From the NCBI RefSeq assembly GCF_032444005.1, contig NC_091285.1, positions 137,826,001 through 137,890,000 of the forward strand: a DNA stretch of 64,000 bases, given 5' to 3'. The notes under the pieces are model-generated. The model made no database searches. It was not told where the DNA came from and saw only the letters and a list, made by a program, of their open reading frames with translations. The DNA comes from Ranitomeya imitator. Taxonomy: Eukaryota. The translations under genes and the position numbers were made by a program. Below, piece after piece: positions 25,084 through 35,699 of this stretch (its first letter is position 1; each line of letters starts with the position of its first letter).

Positions 25084-25915
25084 ATGTCCCAGCCTCAGTC
25101 GCCTAAAAAGTCCCATAAAACTCTTAAGTCTTTTTCACTTCATGTAACTCATATAGTAACATAGTTAGTAAGGCCGAAAAAAGACATTTGTCCATCCAGT
25201 TCAGCCTATATTCCATCATAATAAATCCCCAGATCTACGTCCTTCTACAGAACCTAATAATTGTATGATACAATATTGTTCTGCTCCAGGAAGACATCCA
25301 GGCCTCTCTTGAACCCCTCGACTGAGTTCGCCATCACCACCTCCTCAGGCAAGCAATTCCAGATTCTCACCGCCCTAACAGTAAAGAATCCTCTTCTATG
25401 TTAGTGGAAAAACCTCTCCTCCAGACGCAGAGAATGCCCCCTTGTGCCCGTCACCTTCCTTGGTATAAACAGATCCTCAGCGAGATATTTGTATTGTCCC
25501 ATTATATACTTATACATAGTTATTAGATCGCCCCTCAGTCGTCTTTTTTCTAGACTAAATAATCCTAATTTCGCTAATCTATCTGGGTATTGTAGTTCTC
25601 CCATCCCGATTGTTAATTTTGTTGCCCTCCTTTGTACTCTCTAGTTCCATTATATCCTTCCTGAGCACCGGTGCCAACTCCTGCCAGTCTGCGTTTCCAA
25701 AAGCTCAGAGTTCACCGCTCTGCAAAGCCTGTGACCCCAAATGCGCTCAGGAGCCCCCCGCTGACACTGAGCCCAGTGTCCTTAGACCCCCTGAGTGGGT
25801 CTCATCTCTATCGCAATCTATGACTTCTCAGGCCAAAGCGCTTGAATCCTTCAGTGTTCCTTCTGGGGATCGTGGCGTCCGCACATCTGACACAGAGGGA
25901 CCATCCCCTACACTG
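25084..25915 (+). pseudogene. DIRS1 ORF1 (gag-like) N-terminus, split by the CR1 insertion
   Basis: ATG at 25084 (MSQPQSPKK). Removing 25151-25680 restores FTSCNSCQSAFPKAQSSPLCKAC...PPEWVSSLSQS (two CxxC motifs), with one frameshift. Confidence 0.6.
25151..25675 (-). mobile_element. 5'-truncated CR1 LINE
   Basis: ORF2 C-terminus RKDIMELERVQRRATK...LGLFSLEKRRLRGDLITMYKY...TRGHSLRL, short repeat tail ACTATGTTACTAT, and a 5-bp TSD AACTC (25146-25150 and 25676-25680). Confidence 0.9.
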
Positions 25916-25919
25916 GAAC

Positions 25920-27385
25920 AGACACAAACAAATAGAAAGGGGTGCACTACTCGTTGGTGTAGAAACAATAACAATGAGAAGGGGTGCACTACCTAGTCTA
26001 TATATAGCAATATTTGACAAGAAGTTTAGACTAATTACGGTATGCACAGCCACACATCATATGTAAAAATAAAAAACCTTTATTGTCACCTCACAAAATA
26101 CATAAAAACATTTAAAAATGCAATACAAAAGTCACACCCCCACTTATGAGCTTAAATCAAAACATGAGCCCCCTGTAATTACAGAGTAAATATCCCAAAC
26201 AATATTGTATGTACAATTACATGCTAGACCCTGTGTGCACCAAAATGCCAACCCTAAATATTATCCATGTTTAGCGCAAGCGGACAACCTGTATATCATA
26301 GGCCAATGGATATATAATATCCCTGATTACTGGAACAAAGAGAACACACTAGATAAATATCCTTTAGGGTGGATGACAAAACCCCCAATAATATAATTCT
26401 AATAGATACAACCTGATCTGTTGCTAATAGCAAAGTCCAGAGTCCCGTGTTCCTAAGGTCACTGAGTAAATAGGGTAGCCCATGAATGCACACCAGTGTC
26501 CTGTAATGCAGGGCTCAAGAAAGCAAATTCCCTAACAAAGGGGAGAGCAGGGTATAGTAACCCTAAAGTGAGGGGGGGGTGGGAAAAGCAGGCCCCACGC
26601 GTATCGCCGCCGCAGCAGCAGCTTCGTCAGGGGAAGTGGACTAGAGATGAATATAACCGGGTTAAATATCAGAATAAATCATGTAGATCACATACCGCTG
26701 TGTCCGGAATTCAATGCAAAACCGCATTGCGCATGCGTGGGTATGGACGGAGGAGAGAGGGCCGGACATGGGAGTGAAGGTTGGAGGAAGGATCGCAAGC
26801 GCTGGTACCAGCCAGGGGAAGAAGGGAAAAAGGGGACAAAAAAGGAAGAGAGGACGAGCTTGGAATAAAGAAGGCTCATAGGGGACCACCAAGATGCAAA
26901 GACGATTATATATAAACATGTCTCCCCAACAAATAGGTGGGAAGTAGGAGCCATATAAAAATGAAAAATGTATGTTATGTATCCTAAAAAATAAATAATA
27001 AATAAATAGATATCTTGTAATATAAAACATATGTATATACATATATATGAAAGAGAAAATATACAAACATATATATACAGAACGCCAAAAAGACCAAAAA
27101 CAAACGGAACTGTCTGTGAAATCGAGGTTGTCCCAAATTTGGACCCAAGTGTCAATCAATAGTCATCCTGATACCAGCCACACATCATGATCACGGGTGC
27201 TCTTCTGAAAAAACACAAAATTCCACTGCCATATGCGAGAAGAAAGAGAAGGCACTCACCGATCTAAAATTCCCAACTTTATTTCATCTGCATATAAAAC
27301 TCCATGGCCGGGGGAGTGAGGATCGGAGCTCTTGTGAGCAGGCGTAAATGACAGCTGTTTCGCGCTGTACTTGCGCTTCCACGGG
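25920..27385 (-). mobile_element. Penelope-like non-coding fragment with two decayed hammerhead motifs
   Basis: Hammerhead-like cores at about 26600 and 27360, AATAAA followed by GGTGAGTGC, and a terminal GTAGTGCACCCC direct repeat. No intact ORF. Boundaries approximate. Confidence 0.5.
26591..26636 (-). ncRNA. Degenerate minimal hammerhead ribozyme
   Basis: CCC-CTGACGA-A-GCTGC(TGCT)GCGGC-GGC-GATA-CGCGT-GGGG. GAAA has become GATA and the cleavage-site base is G, so it is probably inactive. Confidence 0.55.
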
Positions 27386-27390
27386 TCAGC
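27345..27390 (-). ncRNA. Degenerate hammerhead-like motif
   Basis: CCGTGGA-A-GCGC(AAGTACA)GCGC-GAAA-CAGCTG-TC. Stems II and III are intact, the CUGANGA core has two changes and stem I is poor. Confidence 0.4.
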
Positions 27391-29430
27391 ATCCTGCCAG
27401 ATTTCTCAGGCAGGAGATTACCTGGTACACGCTTCTTTGGATGCAGCTAACTGTGCTGCTCTATCAGCTGCAAATGCCATCACGATCAGAAGATCTTTAT
27501 GGCTCAGAGAATGGAAAGCGGATTCTGCATCTAAAAAGTCTCTGACATCTCTTCCTTACCAGTGTGAGTGTTTATTTGGAGAGAAGCTGGATCAGCTTAT
27601 CTCAGATTCTACGGGAGGAAACAGCAAATTTCTTCCCCAGCAGAGGCTTAGGCGTCCTTTTCGGCATCAACAACAAATCCGTTTTCGATCCTTTCGTGCC
27701 AATCCGGGTTGGTCCACTACCTCTACCTCTTCAGGATCAGGACGCTCTCCTTACACAAACAGTGGACCCAGGCATCTTATAGGCCCAATTAGCAATGGAA
27801 GAACCAGCCCAAACTGTCTGCATCTAAGGGATCTAGTTCCCACACATTTTCCATCCAATGACTCATGGGGTTATCCAGTCGACGCCAGCAGGGTAGGCTG
27901 TTTCTCCAGGTCTGGCTCTCAGTCGTTCATGACAAATGGGTCAGAGGCCTGGTGTCTTCCGGATACAAAATCGATTTTTTTTCCGCGTCCCCCGGCTTGT
28001 TTCTTTCCTTCCCAACTTCCGGCATCAATGGCAAAAGCTTTTTCCCAAGCCATAAACTCTTTGCGCCGCGATGGGGTCATTGTCCCGGTTCAGGAAAACG
28101 AAAGGTTCGAGGTTTTCTACTCCAACCTATTTGTTGTCCCAAAAAAGGACGGAAAAGTGACACCCATACTAGACCTCAAACTTCTAAATAGGTTTGTCAA
28201 GGTCCGTCATTTCCCCATGGAGCCTCTACATTTGGCCATTACCTCAATGGAAAAAAGGGAGTTTCTAGCATCCATCGATATTCGAGATGCTTACCTGCAC
28301 ATCCCAATTTTTACCCCCTACAAAAACGTCCTGCGTTTTGCCATTCACGAACTGCATTTTCAATTCACGGCCTTGCTACCGCTCCCAGGGTGTTCACAAA
28401 GGTCATGGCGTCCGTCATGTACATCTTACACTCTCGCGGCGTGGTCGTCCTGTCCTATCTGGACGACCTCCTAGTCAAGGGGCCGTCTTTCCATGACTGC
28501 GCGGAGACCGTTCGTATCACTTGTGATACTCTTTCTAATCAGGCTTGGCTGATAAACTTAGCCAAGTCTTGCCCCGTTCCAGCCCAGCAGATATCTTTTC
28601 TAGGCATGACCCTGGGCTCCTCCCGAGGGTTGGTGATTCTGCCTCAAGACAAGGTTCTAGCCCTTCAGCAAGAAGCCCGTGCACATTCTCAGTCATCCCC
28701 TCATTCGATCCACTTTGCGATAAGGGTACTGGGCAAAATGGTGGTAGCAATGGAAGTGGTTCCTTCGCACAGATGCACCTCCGCCCCCTACAGCATACTC
28801 TTCTATCGGCTTGAGACTGGAACCCGTTCTCTCTCGACTGCCAATGCCGCCTATCCCTGTGGGTCAGGCAGACTCTCAGATGGTGAACATTGAGTTCTTC
28901 CTTCAAACAAGGAAAGTACTTTCTCTCGGTTCAATGGCTTGTGGTGACTAACGATGCGAGTCTTCTAGGCTGGGGAGCAGTTTTTCATCACCACACCGCT
29001 CAGGAACGCTGCTCATCTCAGGAATTGAAACTTCCAATCAATGTCTTGGAAATCCGAGCGATATGGCTAGCGCTACTGCAGTTTCATTATCTCTTAGCGG
29101 GTCACGTTATCCGAATTCAATCGGACAACACCACAGCTGTGGCATACATGAACCATCAAGGGGGTACCAGCAGCAGGGCAGCCATGTGCAAGGTAGTTCG
29201 GTTGCAAGATCCAAGAGCCATAGGAGTGGATGCTCTGGTTCTTTTGTGGTGACAGTTCCGTCTTCCGTACATTTTTCCTCTGCTGCCGCTTCTTCCAAGA
29301 GGCATCAGAGAGATCAAGACGGAAGGGGTTCCAGTGATCCTGGTTGCTCCAGATTGGCCACACCGGGCGTGGTTCGCAGAGTTGGTGTGCCTCGTCGCCG
29401 ATGTACCCTGGCGACTGCTGGATCCTCCAG
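27386..29430 (+). pseudogene. DIRS1 ORF1 C-terminus plus pol (RT, RNase H, methyltransferase-like domain), frameshifted
   Basis: RRSLWLREWKAD...LFGEKLD; FYSNLFVVPKKDG; LASIDIRDAYLHIPI; SYLDDLLV; NDASLLGWG; INVLEIRAI; SDNTTAVAYMNHQGG; YIFPLLPLLP...VILVAPDWPHRAWF. Confidence 0.92.
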
Positions 29431-29457
29431 ACTATAAAAAGGAAATAAAAGGACTAT

Positions 29458-29967
29458 AAACACGTGATGGTGTCTCCGCGGCTTTTCTACATGCATTTTC
29501 ATATTTCCCGTAAGGGATGGGGGCAGTGTTCTGGATCACTGCGTTGAGAAACACGTGATGGTGTCTCTGCGGTGTTGGATGTTTTGATCTCCCCGAGGTC
29601 ATTCATCCTCATGTTTAGTCCTTTTACTAGGCACTGCTCCTAATAGCCAGTTTCCTACTCCACACTGATGAGGGGCAAATACCCCGAAACAGCTGTCTGT
29701 GGATGGATACCATGTTTTGGCATAGGTGGTTTTCTTTTATGGATGCTGCCTTTCCCGTGGTTGTTCCTTCCCGGTGAAAGACCTGGCTATTTATTGCTTG
29801 CGTTGAGAAACACGTGTTGGTGTCTCTGCAGCTTTTCTACATGCATTTGCATATTTCCCATAAGGGATGGGGGCAGTGTTCTGGATCACTGCGTTGAGAA
29901 ACACGTGATGGTGTCTCCGCGGTGTTGGATGTTTTGATCTCCCCGAGGTCATTCATCCTCATGTTTA
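29458..29967 (+). mobile_element. Retrozyme-like insertion: 1.46 tandem copies of a 350-bp monomer (family B)
   Basis: 29458-29617 is repeated at 29808-29967 (offset 350) with a few substitutions. One hammerhead lies between the repeats. No coding capacity. Confidence 0.8.
29659..29703 (+). ncRNA. Minimal type I hammerhead ribozyme, core intact
   Basis: Stem I TCCACA/TGTGGA; CTGATGA (29665-29671); stem II GGGG-CAAATA-CCCC; GAAA (29686-29689); stem III within the palindrome ACAGCTGT; GTC triplet with predicted cleavage after C29697. Confidence 0.92.
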
Positions 29968-32298
29968 TAGCCTCCTAGTGGTAGGAGCATAACACCCATG
30001 GTCCTGTGTCCCCCAATGAGTGGCTCAGAGAAAAGGATTTTATGGTGAGTGCGCAAAAATCTGTTTTTGCATCACCATATTTTTAGAGCTATAATTTTTT
30101 CATATTTCGGCCAACATAGTCATGTGAGATCTCATTTTTTGCGGGACAAGTTGACATTTTTATTGGCACCACTTTCGGGCCCATGACATTTTTTGATCGC
30201 TTTCTATTCCGATTTTTGGGAGGCAGAATGAACAAAAATCAGCAATTCATTAATTTCGATCGCATTATTTCGGGGGTTAAAGTGCCAAGAGCGGTCTATG
30301 ACCGCTCCTCGCACCTAGTGCCGGGTGTCAGCTGTGAGAATCAGCTAACACCCGGCCGCGCACCGATGACGTACTATTCCATTTATGGGAAGTAAGTCCC
30401 AGGTCACATGGACAGAATAGTATGTCGGATAACAGAGAGGGGTTAAACTGTAATTTACAGAAAATCCAAAATTTAGAGGGATCCAGTAAATCAGGATTCA
30501 TCAACGGTATATTTATAGGTGAAAGCTTGTGTGATCCATATGGTTGTCTGCTCACAGGACTGAACATCCACAAGAAACTGGGTCATGTGGAACTGGCTCT
30601 CCACTTAGCTCATCATGGGGTGCTGAACTGGGGAGCGGTTTATATCGGGCATATGGATAGGGGTTGTCGTCATATTATACCCTCCATTATTCAGTATGCT
30701 CCATTTGCACATTGTTTTTGATCAGTTTCATAAAGGCAAAACCAGCAGTGGAAGCAAATATGTATTTTGTCTTCGAACACTGATGATCGATTTTCAAGCC
30801 TCATTCATAGTCATTTTAGGTTCACATGGATGGAAAATACTGAAGGGCATCAACAGCCTTTGTGATCAATAAAAAATGTTCCCATTTATAAACACGTAAT
30901 ACTTGAGATGAGCATATTAATTTGCAGGACCCCGATCCAGCAGTCATGGGGGATCCTTGTGAATCACCTTCCAGCATCCCCGATGCTTTTTACAATTTAT
31001 AGGTTCCATGCAATTGGGCATGAGGTAGTGAGTGGCTATGGACTGCTGCCGTGGCAGATAGCCCGGGGTACTGTAAATTTATTTACTTTTCTCTACTAAA
31101 TACACATTTCTCTTTAAAAGACTATTTCTAACCTGTTGACAACCAAAAGCGGTAATTGTATGGCAATAGTTCCAATGGCTATTAATAAGGGTTTTTTTTA
31201 AATAAATTTGTGAATATTTGTTTTTTTCATCACTATACAAGATTGGTAGAGTTGTAAATGTGCGGACCTGAAGAATTACGTTGCCACGTTATTTTTACCA
31301 CACATTGAGCACTGTCCAAACAAAGACCAATGGCAGGATTCTTTACCACCCACAACCATCCCTTTATTTACCTATCTTCCAGTGAATTGTTTCAACCCTA
31401 CAGCTTGTCCCGAAAAAAAAAAAAGTTGTCTTATGACTATGATAATTGAACGCTAAAAAAACTGAGTGTTAGAATTAAAAGAAAAAATAATCTGTAAGCA
31501 CAGACCAGCAGGAGCTGTCATATTAAATCGCCTAAATAAGGGGTTTAACCTATTTTAGTACTTGTTACTTTGTACAATTTTTTTATGTATTTTTAAGTTT
31601 GTAATATATCAATCTCAAAACTAAAGATGGCCATTTGTTTCATAACATTTCTAGCGGAGAAATTTTTGTTATATAAACAATAAAAAACTTAGTTGAGCAC
31701 GCCAAAAACTAAAGGCCATGATACACATCAGCTGACAGAACCGCCATGCATCACAGTGGGCTACTATGCCAAGCGGGCCGAGTGGTGCTAGACGCTTACT
31801 GATGATCCCATTAGCATCATATAGCTGCTCTTTATTAATAATGATGCTTACATATTGAGAATTACTGTTGCTCCGTATTGATGAGCTGGAATAATCCCCC
31901 TATACATATTAGACAGTAGAATAATGGCTCACCCACCAGCTGTATTCCCAAATCCTCCATTCACAGGAAAACTCGGCTCGGTGCTCCTGTGAGAGCTTCC
32001 TCAGTCCTCTGGCAGCAGCCATTGGAGATCTAATAAGCCAAATCCTGCTCACCCCCAAAATCATCTATTAAGGGAGAATTGGGACACCACCCCCTACACA
32101 TTGCACTTTTGGCTGATATTTATCAACTTTAGTATAAATACTTAAAAATAAGAGATTTCCACTTCTTTAATTTGTTAATAGAAAACCCATTCAAATCAGA
32201 ACGATCATCAGAAAATTACTTATCTAAATTAGGTTTTTGTGTTAAATCAACTTTTAATTTTTAGTAATTTTTTGGTTGAATTTTATAATCTGTATTAA

Positions 32299-35200
32299 CC
32301 CCTTAACCCCCAAGGGTGGTTTGTACGTTAATGACCGGGCCAATTTTTACAATTCTGACCACTGTCCCTTTATGAGGTTATAACTCTGGAACGCTTCAAT
32401 GGATCCTGATGATTCTGACATTGTTTTCTCGTGACATATTGTACTTCACGATAGTGGTAACATTTCTTTGATATTACCAGTGTTTATTTGTGAAAAAAAC
32501 GGAAATTTGGCGAAATTTTTGAAAATTTTGCAATTTTCCAACTTTGAATTTTTATGCCCTTAAATCACAGAGATATGTCACACAAAATGCTTAATAAGTA
32601 ACATTTCCCACATGTCTACTTTACATCAACACAATTTTTGAACCAAAATTTTTTTTGTTAGGGAGTTGTAAGGGTTAAAATTTGACCAGCAATTTCTCAT
32701 TTTCACAACAATTTTTCTTAGGGACTACATCACATTTGAAGTCACTTTGAGGGGTCTATATGATAGAAAATACCCAAGTGTGACACCATTCAAAAGACTG
32801 CACATTTCATTGTGCTCAAAACCACATTCAAGAAGTTTATTAACCATTCAGGTGTTTCACAGGAATTTTTTGAATGTTTAAAAAAAAAAAGTGAACATTT
32901 AACTTTTTTTCACAAAAAATTTAATTCAGCTCCAATTTGTTTTATTTTACCAAGGGTAACAGGAGAAATTGGAGCCCAAAAGTTGTTGTAAAATTTGTCC
33001 TGAGTACGCTGATACCCCATGTGTGGGGGGAAACCACTGATTGGGCGCATGGCAGAGCTCGGAAGAGAAGGAGCGCCGTTTGACTTTTCAATGCAAAATT
33101 GACTGGAATTGAGATGGGACGCCATGTCACGTTTGGAGAGCCCCTGATGTGCCTAAACATTTAAACCCCCCACAAGTGACAACATTTTGGAAAGTAGACC
33201 CCCTAAGAAACTTATCTAGATATGTGGTGAGCACTTTGACTCACCAAGTGCTTCACAGAAGTTTATAATGCAGAGCCGTAAAAATAAAAAATATATTTTT
33301 TCACAAAAATGATCTTTTCGCCCCCAATTTTTTATTCTCCCAAGGGTAACAGAAGGAATTGAACCCGAAAAGTTGTTGTAAAATTTGTACTGAGTACGTT
33401 GATACACCATATGTGGGGGTAAACCACTGTTTGGGAGCATGGCAGAGTTCGGAAGGGACGGAGCGCCGTTTGACTTTTCAATGCAAAATTGACTGGAATT
33501 GAGATAGGACACCATGTCGCGTTTGGAGAGCCCCTGATGTGCCTAAACATTGAAACCCGCCACAAGTGACACCATTTTGGAAAGAAGACCCCCTAAGGAA
33601 CTTATCTAGATGTGTTGTGAGAACTTTAAACCTCCAAATGTTTCACTACAGTTTATAACGCATAGCCGTGAAAATAAATATTTTTTTTCCACAAAAATTC
33701 TTTTTTAGCCCCCAGTTTTGTATTTTCCCAAGGGTAAAGGGAGAAATTAGACCCCAAAAGTTGTTGTCCAATTAGTCCTGAGTACGCTGATACCCCATAT
33801 GTTGGGGTAAACCCCTGTTTGGGCGCACGGGAGAGCTCGGAAGGGAAGGAGCACTATTTTACTTTTTCAACTCAGAATTGGCTGGAATTGAGATCGAACG
33901 CCATGTCGCGTTTGGAGAGCCCCTGATGTGCCTAAACAGTGGAAACCCCCCAATTCTAACTGAAACCCTAACCCAAACACACCCCTAACCCCAATCCCAA
34001 ACGTAAATGTAATCCAAACCCTAACTTTAGCCCCAACCCTAACTTTAGCCCCAACTCTAATCCTAACTTTAGCCCCAACCCTAACTTTAGCGCCAACCCT
34101 AACCCTAACTATAGCCCCAACCCTAATGGGAAAATGGAAATAAATACATTTTTTTTAATTGTATTATTTTTCCCTAACTAAGGGGATGATGAAGGGGGGT
34201 TTGATTTACTTTTATAGCGGGTTTTTTAGCTGATTTTTATGATTGCCAGCCATCACACACTAAAAGACGCTTTTTAATGTAAAAAATCGTTTTTGCGCCT
34301 CCACATTTTGAGAGCTATAATTTTTCCATATTTTGGTACACAGAGTCATGTGAGGTCTTGTTTTTTGCAGGACGCGTTGACGTTTTTATTGGTACCATTT
34401 TCGGGCACGTGACTTTTTTGATCGCTTTTTATTCTGATTGTTGTGAGGTAGAATGAACAAAAACCAGCTATTCCTGAATTTCTTTTGGGGGGACGCTTAT
34501 ACCGTTCCACGTTTGATAAAATTGGTAAAGCATTTTTATTCTTCGGGTCAATATGATTACAGCGATACCTCATTTATATCATTTTTTATGTTTTGGCACT
34601 TTAAACGATAAAAACTATATAAAAAATAATTATTTTTGCATCGCTTTATTCTGAGGACTATAACTTTTTTTTTTTCGTTGATGACGCTGTTTGGCGGCTC
34701 GTTTTTTGCGGGACAAGATTACATTTTTCAGCGGTACCATGGTTATTTATATGTCTTTTTGATCGCATGTTATTCAACTTTTTGTTTAGTGGTATGATAA
34801 TAAAGCGTCGTTTTTTGCCTATTTTTTTTACGTTGTTCACTGAAGGGGTTAACTAGTGGGAGTTTTATAGCCTGGGTCGTTACAAACCCAGCGATACTAA
34901 ATATGTGTAATTTTATTGTTTTTTGTTTAATTTAAAGAAATGTATTGATTGGAACAATATATTTTTTTTTTCTTTAGGAATTTGTATTTTTTTAACACAT
35001 GTAAATATTTTTTTTTTTACACTGCCCCAGGGGGGGGACATCACTGTATATTATCAGATCGCTCATCTGACACTTTGCAATGCACTGCCTGTCAGATCAG
35101 CGATCTGACAGGCAGTGCAGGGGGGCTTCCCGGCGCCTGCTCTGAGCAGGCGCTTGAAAGCCACCTCCCTGCAGGACCTGGAAGGCCCCCCGCGGCCATT

Positions 35201-35466
35201 TGGATCTGGGCTGCAGGGAGGAGGGTCTCAGGGAAGCACGCAGAGCCCCCTCCCTGCGAAATGCTTCCGTATACCGCCGGAACACTGCGATCACCTTTGA
35301 TCACAGTGTTCCGGGGGTTAATGTGCCAGATGTCAGCTGAGATAGTTGGCACCCGGCCGCACTCTCCCCGTGAGCGTGGCCGATTGCATATGACGTACTA
35401 TCCTGTCACTGGGAATTAAGTCCCAGGTCACCTTGACGGGATAGTACGTCATATGGGATAAAGGGG
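32299..35466 (+). mobile_element. Non-autonomous piggyBac-like element, about 3.2 kb
   Basis: TTAA-CCCCTT...AAGGGG-TTAA ends, about 3 internal 390-bp units and a TAACCC-like tract at about 33955-34130. Confidence 0.85.
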
Positions 35467-35699
35467 TTAAAGATTAAAAAAAATAGAAGTCTTCACTGAA
35501 TATTAGCCACAATGAAAAGGCTCCAACCCTCTTTCATTGAAGCACCTAATGTGTGAGAAAAGGTCATTGTGGAGGTGAGAGGGTGCAGGTTCAGTTGTGA
35601 CACCGCTTCTGTGATTAGTGGCTCTGTGGCATCAGCTGTGTATAGAGACGTTACCGGTTATTGTAATCCTGCCTCTGGTGACAAGACAGGAAGTCTAAT

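Larger units (their letters stand above)
16304..30066 (+). mobile_element. DIRS1-type tyrosine-recombinase retrotransposon, fragmented
   Basis: Inverted terminal sequence CATTGGGGGACACAGGACCATGGGTGTT at about 16318 and reversed at about 29990-30017. Inserted in a T run without an evident TSD. gag and pol pieces lie in order between the ends. Confidence 0.8.
14249..30442 (+). mobile_element. Non-autonomous piggyBac-like element split by a 13.8-kb nested insertion (arms 14249-16303 and about 30064-30442)
   Basis: TTAA-CCCCT...AGGGG-TTAA ends. The joined arms are colinear with the uninterrupted copy at about 34250-34330. Confidence 0.8.

Noticed and set aside
27371-28474. 367-aa ORF as a functional gene
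   Set aside because: It is an artificial fusion of DIRS ORF1 and RT frames caused by indels, and the RT is broken by further frameshifts.
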